Origin: a virus
Taxonomy: Duplodnaviria; Caudoviricetes
Strand: one strand, 5' to 3'
IMG/VR virus record: IMGVR_UViG_3300042258_000071
Span: 172,444-236,443 of that record
Length of the DNA stretch: 64,000 bases
Under the pieces are notes generated by a model. It had not been told where the DNA came from, made no database searches, and saw only the letters and a program-made list of their open reading frames with translations. Position 1 is the stretch's first letter. The number at the start of each line of letters is the position of its first letter. Both the position numbers and the translations under genes were made by a program. Positions 40,438-50,810 of the stretch are shown piece after piece.

Positions 40438-42210
40438 ATGGTGACATCGATTACTGCTGAAGGTATTTCTACTTCTAAATTTACCTTAAACGATGAAGAT
40501 GCTGTTGCAATTATTTCAGATCTTGAAGGTGCAACTGATCTCACACATAAGTTAGTATCTGCAGGGGCGGTATCAACCTATGTCACTCAGAAAGTTCTTC
40601 AGGTTACATCGGGTGGGAATGGTTCTTCTATTTCTGATGTGAATATGATTACAAAAGCCCCTATGGGAACTCTTAAACTTGGGGATGTTGGTCCTTTCCC
40701 TTTTATTGGTAAACTTAAAAACATTACGCACTGTAAAGGGGGTGTTTTTAGTCCATCCTCTGGATACATCACCTGTTCACATGATGCAACAACATCACTT
40801 GGAAATGCCGTACGATGTGATATTTTAGAGAGAGGTGTGCTCTTTAACTACCTAGGACCTGCAAACAAAATTACAAGTGCAACGCTTTTTTATGAACTCT
40901 TATATCCAAGACCCATCTCACATGTCATTTTGCATGTAGAACAGGTGGCAACAGATTGTGTTCCAAATGAGATCATCATCACGGTTAACAACACCTCATA
41001 TACAGTAGATCTTACAATGGCAGAAGGTTATGGAGGTGGGTACCATACAGTTACATATACCCTTCCAGATGGACCTGTTATTGTAACCGATCCATTAGCT
41101 TTTCATATTTCAAACATGTCTTCTGGGTCAACATATGGTCTTGGTGTCGATGTCTTGTTCTCAGATATTGGGGCTGCAACTTTTGTTATTAACAGTGGCA
41201 TCGATGTCAATATGTCTAACAAGGACGGTGTCATTAATCAATACCGAACAAACACCCCTATTAGTGTAAACACTGCTACTCTTGAAAATGATCATTGGTA
41301 TACACTCATGTTCAATTCTGTTACAAATCTCCCAGAACTACATGTCTTCACTCCAACTGTCGTAACTCCAAATCAACCAGATCGAAATGCGTATCCTTTA
41401 AAAGCCCTTTCTTTAGAACATCTGGGATATGGAACTGTTACTTCCACCTATCAGGCTGGGAATGTATATGGACTATATCAGGGTCATGATGGTGTGAGTG
41501 GCGGCCAGACAACCGTTCACATAAAAACCTTCACCTCCCCAATTTCTATTCGTAAGATTGATTATCAGGTTAACAGTGTTGCATTATCTGATATTGATTT
41601 TGCAGAGATCATTGAGACGACGTTAGAATGTCGTCTTGAAGACGATAGCGTCATAACGCTTTCAACGCAAGGTCCCAATCCTGCTCTGCCAAAGAAAGTT
41701 GTGAAACACAATCGACCTTCTACACAGACAGTCTATACTGGAACAGGTGGGCGGTATGCTTTAGATGTATCTGTTGTTGTTGAAGACTATACAGAACTTA
41801 AAATTAAACAGTTCACAATTACATCTACATCTACAAGTGTCACGATTAACCAACAAAATTCATCTCTTTGGAATCTTAAGGTTGGTATAAATGTCCCATG
41901 GTTTGATACGACTTTAAAGAAGTGGAATGACGACACTTCCAGGTTCTTTATCGGATATCTGAGTAAATCATCTCTCTCTGGAAATATTCTTTTTTCACCC
42001 TCAGCTATAAATTCTTTTGGAGACATATACCCAACTGGTTATAATACTTTGCTGGCCTCTGAGATCAGAGATGTTTTAAATCCTTTTTTTGTTATGCAAG
42101 ATCTTATCCCTATAACAAACGACGATGCTTCTATAGTTAAAGTATTATCTCCAAGTGTTCTTCAAATTGCATGTAACAACACCCCTCACCTTCGACTTAA
42201 GAGACTTTAA
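40438..42210 (+). CDS. putative virion structural/tail-associated protein
   Basis: Thr/Ser/Gly/Val-rich, beta-like composition; 590 aa. Confidence 0.55.
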   Translation: MVTSITAEGISTSKFTLNDEDAVAIISDLEGATDLTHKLVSAGAVSTYVTQKVLQVTSGGNGSSISDVNMITKAPMGTLKLGDVGPFPFIGKLKNITHCKGGVFSPSSGYITCSHDATTSLGNAVRCDILERGVLFNYLGPANKITSATLFYELLYPRPISHVILHVEQVATDCVPNEIIITVNNTSYTVDLTMAEGYGGGYHTVTYTLPDGPVIVTDPLAFHISNMSSGSTYGLGVDVLFSDIGAATFVINSGIDVNMSNKDGVINQYRTNTPISVNTATLENDHWYTLMFNSVTNLPELHVFTPTVVTPNQPDRNAYPLKALSLEHLGYGTVTSTYQAGNVYGLYQGHDGVSGGQTTVHIKTFTSPISIRKIDYQVNSVALSDIDFAEIIETTLECRLEDDSVITLSTQGPNPALPKKVVKHNRPSTQTVYTGTGGRYALDVSVVVEDYTELKIKQFTITSTSTSVTINQQNSSLWNLKVGINVPWFDTTLKKWNDDTSRFFIGYLSKSSLSGNILFSPSAINSFGDIYPTGYNTLLASEIRDVLNPFFVMQDLIPITNDDASIVKVLSPSVLQIACNNTPHLRLKRL

Positions 42211-42286
42211 ATTATCAGTAGGAGAGAGGGTGGGAGATCCCACCCTCTCTCTCTTATATTCGAATTTCTCAATTAAAAAATACATA

Positions 42287-42301
42287 TACATTACTTTAAT
42301 G
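42287..42301 (+). promoter_or_regulatory. early promoter TACATTAC-N5-TG
   Basis: Motif variant; same core as the chimallin promoter. Confidence 0.7.
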
Positions 42302-42526
42302 ATTCGACGTCAATTAAAAAATATAGTATTAAGTATGGTCATATAATGCACCACTTGGTGGCAGTGACCTCTCACTCTTAAAGTGTTGGAGAGATAAAGT
42401 GTAGCATCTTATCAATCTTTTAATAACCTGCTCAGGCCGACCTAAAACTATCACTTCTAAATCAAAGTGATATGTACTACTTTGACGAATCCCCTATAAG
42501 CAGTGGCATATTCTGCTTATATTTTT
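42301..42526 (+). ncRNA. candidate structured ncRNA or attenuator leader
   Basis: 5' end GATTCGACGTCAA pairs with TTGACGAATC (42482-91); several internal hairpins; closing hairpin 42495-42521 followed by TTTTT. Confidence 0.5.
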
Positions 42527-42550
42527 AACATCCTGTAAAAGGAAATTCTC

Positions 42551-43780
42551 ATGTTGTATTTGGTACCCAAACCTGAAGACAAAATCGTAAATCTCAACCA
42601 ATTCGTGGATCCGATTCTTCCGTATGATCCTACCTTCCGATTTAATAATCAAGAAAAAAATCGGTTTTACGGGGACCCAACCCGTATCAACACCAATGCT
42701 CTGTGTCGAGCAATCTGCGACAACAAGTCGCCGGATGCTATGAAGATCTCTTTAATCGTTAAGACTTTTAAACACCAGATTAGCAACCGGAAGGAAGTGG
42801 TTCCGATCATTTCCGAAGATGGCGGGAGCGATGTGTCGCACGCCACCGGCTATGCCACGGTAGTGGCCGATGCATCTGGGGGCCTTGTTCAAGGTCGACA
42901 AGTATGCCGGGTGGAACACTTCCAGACCCAACCCAATCGTACACATGCGTTGATTCACGCAAAGCCTGGGACCCTGGTGTCCTTTGGTATGTGCGATGGG
43001 CATCATCGTCGAATGATCGTTGTGTACCGCGTCGATGACATTGTCACTGTATTTGAAGACAGTCTGTTGGAACACCTTATCGCTGGAAATGACTGCCGTG
43101 ACATGCTAACAAAAGAACCGATGTGTCTGAATTTAACATTGGTAACGGCATACGATGCTGTTCATAACCATCAGCCTTTGAGCTATGAGCTTGCCGGTGA
43201 TGATGGCCAGCCCGTTGCTGACACTAAAAACTTGATAAATCTGACCCTCCAGAAATTGTCAGGGGAGTCAACAACACCGCTTGGTGTCGAATTCTTCTTC
43301 ACACCATTGTTCATCGCAGCCTCACGCAATCCAATGTACGACATCGACTGGGGAACTGCTGAATCATATTCTGCAGAACCTGAAGAATTCTTCGATGTCT
43401 TGCGGTCTCATCTTGCTGGGTATCGTGATGCTTCTAAGGTAAGTGGGCGGAAACGGATCTCTTTTCCTGTTCCGGTTCAAAATTGGGTCACCCTAAACAC
43501 GGTCACGCGAGAGATCGTTGTCGGCGTGGCTTTCAATCAGAAATTTGTATTACATCTAGTGGATGGGGTGTCTAAAGAACCGATCTTTGATCATCCGATC
43601 GCAATACAGACAAAACCTATCACAGGGGTCCTCCCTTGGCAACTTGTCAGGGATAATAAACTCGTCTTCGGAAAAACAAATTTCGACGAGCTTGAAACCC
43701 TCCTTCTCGAAAAGGGTGAACCCATTCATCCTGACACGGATGAACTTGTTATGTATCAAAAACTTGATACTCATGCCTAG
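42551..43780 (+). CDS. hypothetical early protein
   Basis: 409 aa; AAGGA RBS; GC-richer codon usage; flanked by its own promoter and terminator. Confidence 0.85.
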   Translation: MLYLVPKPEDKIVNLNQFVDPILPYDPTFRFNNQEKNRFYGDPTRINTNALCRAICDNKSPDAMKISLIVKTFKHQISNRKEVVPIISEDGGSDVSHATGYATVVADASGGLVQGRQVCRVEHFQTQPNRTHALIHAKPGTLVSFGMCDGHHRRMIVVYRVDDIVTVFEDSLLEHLIAGNDCRDMLTKEPMCLNLTLVTAYDAVHNHQPLSYELAGDDGQPVADTKNLINLTLQKLSGESTTPLGVEFFFTPLFIAASRNPMYDIDWGTAESYSAEPEEFFDVLRSHLAGYRDASKVSGRKRISFPVPVQNWVTLNTVTREIVVGVAFNQKFVLHLVDGVSKEPIFDHPIAIQTKPITGVLPWQLVRDNKLVFGKTNFDELETLLLEKGEPIHPDTDELVMYQKLDTHA

Positions 43781-43795
43781 TCCATAAACGTATAC

Positions 43796-43829
43796 ATAGA
43801 AGAGGGGAGCATCTGCTCCCCTCTTCTAT
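43796..43829. terminator. bidirectional terminator-like hairpin
   Basis: ATAGAAGAGGGGAGCA-TC-TGCTCCCCTCTTCTAT between convergent genes. Confidence 0.75.
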
Positions 43830-43838
43830 TTTCTGTCT

Positions 43839-44702
43839 TTAATTTTTTTGATTTTTATATGTCACACCTAGACGATGGAGTACATATATAAAGTTATGTT
43901 CAACCCGTTGGGAAGTATCTAAGAGAACTCCAAAATAATCAATCTGTCGAGCACAGGTAAGAATGAGTGAATGAAAGGCTTTGAGATACTCTTGATTCAA
44001 TTTCACTTTTTCGAATTGTGAAATTAATTGATGCACTAACTTTTCAATATCATTAATTTTGGAAAAATATGAACTTGCCAGCATGTAGTACTTCTCAAAC
44101 TTCTTAATATCGTGATAGGTAGCTCTTACTTCTTTAAGAGAACTTAAAACATTAGAGATTGGAACATTCCCTGGGGTATGTGTCCCACTAAATGATTTCT
44201 TAAATTCAGCTTCCATCTTTTTTTCTGTAAGATAGTTAATTTCATTCATCGTCGTTATTGTTTTATCTTTAAGAAACGAATACTCGTCAATTGAACTGGT
44301 TTTATATAAATCGAGATAAATGAGCATTTGATCAATCATGGATTTAAAATTAGAATCTTCAAGAAAGGAGACTAACATGGTAGTGGCTTGATCATAAGGC
44401 ACTTTCATGCCGTCAGGGATTGGGACCTCAACAGAAGAGTAATAATGAATAGGTCCTTTTAGAATATTAGAGACTAAAAGTCGATGACTTTCTTCATAGG
44501 CGGTTAATTCTGATCGTTTAAATCCTTTGAACCCCTTAAGAAGATACGTCTTAAAATTATTTAAGATGCGACCAAATGCATCTAGAATGCTGTGGAAGGC
44601 ATTAAAGGCTTCTACTGAGAAAACCTCATCATTATAAGATTCTAAGGCGAGATAGGAGGACGTCTGCGATAGGCTCGTGTATCCGATCATTTGGGCGCTC
44701 AT
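43839..44702 (-). CDS. virion head protein with protease-cleaved propeptide
   Basis: AAGGA RBS before ATG 44702; N-terminal ALE-S and SVE-A motifs. Confidence 0.65.
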   Translation of the reverse strand: MSAQMIGYTSLSQTSSYLALESYNDEVFSVEAFNAFHSILDAFGRILNNFKTYLLKGFKGFKRSELTAYEESHRLLVSNILKGPIHYYSSVEVPIPDGMKVPYDQATTMLVSFLEDSNFKSMIDQMLIYLDLYKTSSIDEYSFLKDKTITTMNEINYLTEKKMEAEFKKSFSGTHTPGNVPISNVLSSLKEVRATYHDIKKFEKYYMLASSYFSKINDIEKLVHQLISQFEKVKLNQEYLKAFHSLILTCARQIDYFGVLLDTSQRVEHNFIYVLHRLGVTYKNQKN

Positions 44703-44736
44703 GGATGTACATCCTTGGGTTGTATGTATACGGGGG

Positions 44737-46287
44737 TTATGTCCCAACAAAAAACTCACAAGAGAGATTATTGTCTGAAACAGGATAGATGGCGAGTTCT
44801 TTAAGATAACCCTGAAGAGGACCGATCTTGATGAGAGGAGCCTCTGTGGCGATACTTGAAAATTCACCCTCAAGGGTTACTGACGGATTTCCCGTTGTTT
44901 TATGTTTAAGAGATAATGGAGAATATGAAAGTGCTGTGATCACATTCTCAAGAGACTCAGTTAATGGGGTTGAGATCTGATAACCAGATCGCATACAAAT
45001 CAGAGTATCACTTTCAGATTCAATAGTGATCCATTTTTGACCATCTACCTCAAATAAGTTTGCATCATGAGATTCATCTGAAAAGGGTGTAGAACCATGT
45101 GCTAGATGACTGTACCACCTCAAGTAGATCATTCCTTCATCGTGTCGAATGGTGGAAGCATCCATTGATATCTCAAGATCTGGAAACGTCACCAGACCTG
45201 TAGCATTACTTGTTGGTATATAAGGTGGGAGACCTGCTCCTAAATTATGAGATATTCCAAATAATCCAAATAAAGTCTTTTGAGAACCTTCATATTCGAA
45301 TACTTCAGGATCGTGGTGCCCAAGTACACTCAAGCTAATATCCCCACTCATACTACTGACAAAAGCAGAGAGACCTATACGCAACCATCCTGACCGAGAC
45401 ATGTGAATATAAGTGTCGAGAACTTCAGTTCCTTTGAAATAAACTTTCTTGTTCACAACATCGACTGTAACGAGATGGTTCGGTAGTATTTCTGATGTAT
45501 TAACATTGACCAACTGGAGGGTTATATATTCTGCTAGATATGGGAAAACATACACAGATGGAGTTTGAAGAGTTGTAGCTGTCGAGGTTAGAGCATTAAG
45601 GACGTGACAGATGCACCCTTGTGTACCAGTGGTGCCATTTGATTCTTTAACAAGAACCGTATTATCAGGTTCAAGATCTGGACCTAACAGTCCTTCTGTG
45701 TCAACAGTTATAACACCCTCCCCATAGGTGCGGAGCCGGGAGGTTGTGGTTGCTATGGTTTCAAAAGCAGCTTTTGCATTTGATCTTGAGAATCGATTGC
45801 TTCGCTTTCCAAACAAGGGAATCATAGGGGTACCATCGACCCCATAATCAATGATAATACCAGAGGTTGGACCATTTACCATAACACCTTCTTCATTAAA
45901 GATTTTATATCCAGTTGGATATGAAGACATCTGATAAATTTCATCTGTGATCCATTCACAGATAGTGGGGTCGAGAGCAAAGGTTGGGATCATAAGAGGA
46001 GGTGTTCCTGGAAAGAATAGGGTCGTGATCTGTTCGATGACATCTGCGCCAAGATCGGAGAAACGCATCGAGTGAACATTACCTGACTTAAGGATGTGAT
46101 CATCAATTTTATTAGAAAGCTCTTCAAGTTTCTTAGGGTCTAAATCCCTTAAGATCCTTCGAAATTTCTCAATCATTTTTGTTGCAGAAAAATGAGGAGA
46201 AGGAGTTACCTCATTGACAGTACCAGTAGGATCAAGTTGAATATCAAATCCAACAATAGATCCACTTGGGGCTTTACGATTTATCAT
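44737..46287 (-). CDS. virion structural protein (spike/baseplate-like)
   Basis: 516 aa; beta-rich C-terminal half; in a structural operon; AAGGAG RBS. Confidence 0.6.
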   Translation of the reverse strand: MINRKAPSGSIVGFDIQLDPTGTVNEVTPSPHFSATKMIEKFRRILRDLDPKKLEELSNKIDDHILKSGNVHSMRFSDLGADVIEQITTLFFPGTPPLMIPTFALDPTICEWITDEIYQMSSYPTGYKIFNEEGVMVNGPTSGIIIDYGVDGTPMIPLFGKRSNRFSRSNAKAAFETIATTTSRLRTYGEGVITVDTEGLLGPDLEPDNTVLVKESNGTTGTQGCICHVLNALTSTATTLQTPSVYVFPYLAEYITLQLVNVNTSEILPNHLVTVDVVNKKVYFKGTEVLDTYIHMSRSGWLRIGLSAFVSSMSGDISLSVLGHHDPEVFEYEGSQKTLFGLFGISHNLGAGLPPYIPTSNATGLVTFPDLEISMDASTIRHDEGMIYLRWYSHLAHGSTPFSDESHDANLFEVDGQKWITIESESDTLICMRSGYQISTPLTESLENVITALSYSPLSLKHKTTGNPSVTLEGEFSSIATEAPLIKIGPLQGYLKELAIYPVSDNNLSCEFFVGT

Positions 46288-46302
46288 AATGGAACTTTCT
46301 CC

Positions 46303-47280
46303 TTATTTTTCATGGAGGATCATGTTAATGAGATTAGTATCTAGAATCTCTCCATACAACCCTATTTCACGAATACCACTATTTGTAAGATGAACCCGAT
46401 CCCGATCAAGTGGGTGATGGATTTGGAGAGTATCATGTTTTCGATAAAATCCACTTGCATTGTTCTCAAGAGCAACTGTCACGTAATTATTTTCCATATC
46501 TAAATAATGGAACGTGCAGGATCCTGGTTTAAAAGTGAATATGCAGTTCACCCAATCTCTACCTTGAACTTCCGAGAATAGGATAGGAGGTTGAGAAGCC
46601 TCATGATAAAAGGTGAATCCTGTCGGAGTGACATTTATGGTTGAAAGTTCATTTGTACTAAGATGTAAGGTTATGCGACGATCGGATATACCAAGTGATG
46701 ATCTTACAATGTTTCTAATCTTAAAGACAAAAGTCCCACAATAAAATGCTTGTTCCACCGGGATGGGGAAGTAGGTATTGGTATCTTGAGAATACCGTGT
46801 GAGTTCATCAATGTTAGATTGGTCAATTGTAAATATAGGTGACCTAGTTGTGAGTTCATCTGGAAGGATGTCTCCCCGATAATAATCTGTGACAGGGGAG
46901 GACCCTTCCGTTACGATATACGACCAGGTGTTCATTAGGAGTCTTGTCATGAGTTCTAATAGTAAGGGGTAATTCTTACCATATTTCAAATTAAAATCGG
47001 ACTCTTCAAGAGGTGTTTCTGTGATCTTAACATATCGAGCGTAAAGTTCGCCTAAAAAGCTTTCTAATACTGGTCCATCAAAATCTGAAAGATTCCCATG
47101 AGCATCATGCCCTGTTGCAAATACATGTTGCCTGAAGAGTTCAAGTAATGTGTTAAAACGATCACCTGAATACCGCTTAGAGTATCCATCTAAGAGTTTG
47201 TAAACATCATTTGCAACCCGTGGAGGGAGAATATCTCCACTCCGTTTGGTATATACTGTAAATCCTCTAATCTCATTCAT
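46303..47280 (-). CDS. virion structural protein
   Basis: Co-transcribed with 44737..46287; shares an H...G...H and IRE/LKE C-terminal pattern with it. Confidence 0.55.
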   Translation of the reverse strand: MNEIRGFTVYTKRSGDILPPRVANDVYKLLDGYSKRYSGDRFNTLLELFRQHVFATGHDAHGNLSDFDGPVLESFLGELYARYVKITETPLEESDFNLKYGKNYPLLLELMTRLLMNTWSYIVTEGSSPVTDYYRGDILPDELTTRSPIFTIDQSNIDELTRYSQDTNTYFPIPVEQAFYCGTFVFKIRNIVRSSLGISDRRITLHLSTNELSTINVTPTGFTFYHEASQPPILFSEVQGRDWVNCIFTFKPGSCTFHYLDMENNYVTVALENNASGFYRKHDTLQIHHPLDRDRVHLTNSGIREIGLYGEILDTNLINMILHEK

Positions 47281-47424
47281 ACTGCAAATACCTTTTATAA
47301 CGTTATAAAAATATGCATACCATAAGCTTATCCTTACCCTATTCTCTGCTAAAATAGATAAAACTATAAGTGTTCAATTGTATGTTGATTAAGGGATATT
47401 ACTTATAAAAATTTGGAGAAAATC

Positions 47425-48891
47425 ATGCTTCTTAATAGGGTGGCATTTCAAGAACTTTCTTTCATACCTTCACTTAACACAGGATCACTTTTAGATATTG
47501 GTACGGGTACGTTTGTCCCAGGGGTTTCTGGAAATATGGTTCTTGATGGTGGTATTACATTTGGAACTTCTGTTCTTGGTCGAAATGGTCTTTTTAAATC
47601 AGCAACCATTATTGGCGACTTCGTAAACGCATGGGCACGCCTCCCAGGTGCCGACCTCATTGTTCATGATGTTGAACGTCATCAAAATGAGGAGCGGGTG
47701 TTAGGTATGTCAGATGTTACACCCCATCCTAAAAACGAACTTAATATCATTGCCGGAATTGAGAATACCGCAGAGAGTGTCTTTAACACGATAGAAGCCA
47801 TTGTTAAAGAGCGGGTTAAGCATAAAAAAGATTACATGGTTGAAACACCTTTCTTAGACCAGAAAACCGGAAAACCTAAAACCATGATGGTCCCTATCCT
47901 CCTTATTGAGGATAGCTGGACTGAGATGCGAACTCAGCTTTATATTGACATTATGGATGGTAAAGTTAAACTAAATGACGATGGAACTATCCAGTCTAAA
48001 GGTGAGATTTCAGATCCTGCTAAGAATACAGTTGCGATGCGAGAAGGCCTTGTAAAATCACGGCTCTCAAGAGAATATGCAAGACTGGCTGAGTATGGAA
48101 ATCTATATGTTGGGGCTACGGCACACGTTGTAGATAAAGGTATCGAAAACCCTATGATGCCATCTGCTAAAGACAATCAGTACATGAAACAGTCTGAAAA
48201 GATTAAAGGTGTTGGCAAAGACTTCATGTTCTTAATGACGACTGTTTTAGAGTGTCGTAAAGCACGTGTCATGGATGATGGGAGTCGTAATGTTCTGTAC
48301 CCTACAAAAGAAGGTCTTATTGCACCAACCGATCTAAATGAAGTGTCTCAACTTATTACCCGAGGGAAAGTTCGAGGATCTGGAGGTCAACTTAATCGTG
48401 TCTACTCTCAGGCATATGGGTTAAATAAAGGACTCACAGATTATCATTATCTAAGGGATGGTATGAAATATTGGGGGATGAAGGGAAACCCTCAGAATCA
48501 TCAATGTGCATTATATCCCGAACAGAACTTGTCACGTACAACAATCAATGATCTGACGTATAATGATCCTAAGCTAAGACGTGCTCTTGAGATTACTGCA
48601 CAACTCTGTTTCATTCGTCACAATTGGACAATGAGATCTGCACCAGTACCCTTTACTATTACACCTCAGGCGTTGTTTGAGAAACTTCAACAAACAACCA
48701 ATGTGGCAGATGACATTCTTACATCCCGTGGATGGTGGACATATACTCTCCCTGGTGAACAACCCAACAGTCAACCCTACCTTTCTCTTTGGGATATCCT
48801 TTCGATCGCTGAAGGGAAATATAAACCTAAACACATTTCTGTTAAGACACCCAGTTCGAGCAAAGCAGAAGAAGCATCTAATTCAAAATGA
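47425..48891 (+). CDS. uvsX: RecA/UvsX-like recombinase (phiKZ gp152-like)
   Basis: LNTGSLLDI, GRNGLFKS Walker A, DVE, IEDSWTE Walker B, ATAHV, TRGK; GGAG RBS before ATG 47425. Confidence 0.8.
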   Translation: MLLNRVAFQELSFIPSLNTGSLLDIGTGTFVPGVSGNMVLDGGITFGTSVLGRNGLFKSATIIGDFVNAWARLPGADLIVHDVERHQNEERVLGMSDVTPHPKNELNIIAGIENTAESVFNTIEAIVKERVKHKKDYMVETPFLDQKTGKPKTMMVPILLIEDSWTEMRTQLYIDIMDGKVKLNDDGTIQSKGEISDPAKNTVAMREGLVKSRLSREYARLAEYGNLYVGATAHVVDKGIENPMMPSAKDNQYMKQSEKIKGVGKDFMFLMTTVLECRKARVMDDGSRNVLYPTKEGLIAPTDLNEVSQLITRGKVRGSGGQLNRVYSQAYGLNKGLTDYHYLRDGMKYWGMKGNPQNHQCALYPEQNLSRTTINDLTYNDPKLRRALEITAQLCFIRHNWTMRSAPVPFTITPQALFEKLQQTTNVADDILTSRGWWTYTLPGEQPNSQPYLSLWDILSIAEGKYKPKHISVKTPSSSKAEEASNSK

Positions 48892-49016
48892 TGCCATGCA
48901 GAGCCTGTGAGAGTAGGGGCAGTGCCCCTACTCTCACATTTATACCGTGTGTTATACCCTGCGAACTTTCATGATATAGTTTATTTATAATGTTCACAAT
49001 AAGGAGGGCACGTTAC

Positions 49017-50810
49017 ATGCCCACGACTAATATCCTTGTCGATGAAGTTCAAACCAACGTTATTGATACCGTTACACATCAGGCTACAATCTCTATTTTA
49101 AAAGACTTAAACTTATATGAGAAATTTAAAGATCGTAACATTACAATTACAAGTGATCACCAAAGAGATGCTTCTTCAAGAGATGTAAATGAGAATCTTC
49201 GTCTTGAAAATTCGGATCGATGTAATGTTCTAGCAACTCTTACGTCAAATCCGCAAAGGATGAAATGGGACATTCTTCATTTTGGTACATTACAAACATA
49301 TGGCCAAGCAGGAAGTCAATATGCAAGAACCATGCAGTTCCCCTTATTCTCAGATAACACCATAGGGCTTCGAGTCATTGAACAGATGTCTCCTAGGGCA
49401 GTTGAATTGGAGTTTACACTTACGTTTAAAGATAAGAATGACGCTTTAAAAACAGAAGCGATCATTGCTAATAAATATCATGGAACAGCATTGCTTAATG
49501 TCCATGATCTTGTGTATACATACCCTCTTAATATCGAGTTTCTTTCCGTCTTAAAATGTTTTTATAATCTAAGAACCTCGTACAATCAATCTAAGGACTT
49601 TATTACATATTTAAAAGAGTTCTTCTCAAAAGAGATGGTTTTTGAACATCTTAAGGATAATGATACTAAGAAACGTCCATGTCTTAAGGCATATCAGATT
49701 AACGCGCTTGGATTATTGGAGTATGATCAGGAACGTCCGGAACCTGTTATTGTTGAAAATGTAACTGATCGATGGGAGGTGCGTTTCAGATACTCTATTC
49801 AATTTGGATGTCCAGATAGTTTTATTATCGATTATCCTACCGTTGTTGAAAATCAACTTGTTCCTACATTCGTAACACCTCCTGTTCAAGATACCACATA
49901 TAACTTTATGGAGTTAGAAGGGTATCTTCAGACAAAACCTTTCACCCATGTTCTTAGACAACTGTATGGTAGAACATCATATCTCATAAGAATTCCCACA
50001 TACGAAACCTTTAATCCTCCAAGAGGTCCTTTACAAACCTATGCCTACAAACCTTTTCTTATCAGTGCCCTTCTTTTAGAAGAAAATGGGTCATCCACCT
50101 TTGATCTAAAAGAGATTGGAGATGTGCATCTGCATGGAGCGACAGTGGAGATCATGAAGCGTGCAGGTTTAGACGTTCTTGGGTACAGCGGTCTTTTCAA
50201 TGTTACAGTATATGCAAGGGATGCGATCATACGAGAAGGGATTTCTATTGATGAGGATTTGATTTTAACACTAGATGACTTTGATAGAACCATCCCCTAT
50301 TATCTCGTCCTTTCAGAAGCAACCACTCTTACCAATTTGAACGTTGAAGCGATTGAGGACCTCCAAGACTATAGATGGTTTTTCGCAACGCTGATTGCTC
50401 AGAATCTGAATTACATGATCACACATCGGTGGTTAAAAGTGGTCCCATCTTATCAACTCATAGCGCTTATAAGCCGTCTTATAGCAAACATGGAAATCAA
50501 TGCCTACATTGAGTGGTTGTACGCAGAAGGACATGCAGGTAAGGATATTTTCCAAGTATCGTTTAATGTATATGTTTTTTGTGAATATATTGGAATGACA
50601 ATTTCTAAAATAGATCCTTCTAAACGATTCTTGTATGACATTTTAATGGAGAAGTTGAGTTTAGATGGTAAGGTGTTTCCTCCATATCCTAAAATGTATG
50701 TGAGAACAACTGACAATAATTATCCTTTAAAGTTCAATTCCATGGAGACCGATCATGCCCTTTCCGTCCCTTTCAGGGTCGCACAATACCGACTCACCGC
50801 CGGTCAATGA
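49017..50810 (+). CDS. virion structural protein (conserved phiKZ-like core)
   Basis: AAGGAGG RBS; YPTVVENQLVP motif; structural operon. Confidence 0.65.
   Translation: MPTTNILVDEVQTNVIDTVTHQATISILKDLNLYEKFKDRNITITSDHQRDASSRDVNENLRLENSDRCNVLATLTSNPQRMKWDILHFGTLQTYGQAGSQYARTMQFPLFSDNTIGLRVIEQMSPRAVELEFTLTFKDKNDALKTEAIIANKYHGTALLNVHDLVYTYPLNIEFLSVLKCFYNLRTSYNQSKDFITYLKEFFSKEMVFEHLKDNDTKKRPCLKAYQINALGLLEYDQERPEPVIVENVTDRWEVRFRYSIQFGCPDSFIIDYPTVVENQLVPTFVTPPVQDTTYNFMELEGYLQTKPFTHVLRQLYGRTSYLIRIPTYETFNPPRGPLQTYAYKPFLISALLLEENGSSTFDLKEIGDVHLHGATVEIMKRAGLDVLGYSGLFNVTVYARDAIIREGISIDEDLILTLDDFDRTIPYYLVLSEATTLTNLNVEAIEDLQDYRWFFATLIAQNLNYMITHRWLKVVPSYQLIALISRLIANMEINAYIEWLYAEGHAGKDIFQVSFNVYVFCEYIGMTISKIDPSKRFLYDILMEKLSLDGKVFPPYPKMYVRTTDNNYPLKFNSMETDHALSVPFRVAQYRLTAGQ

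Noticed and set aside
44703-44873. N-terminal extension of ORF 43839..44873
   Set aside because: Overlaps the upstream gene; the RBS supports ATG 44702.
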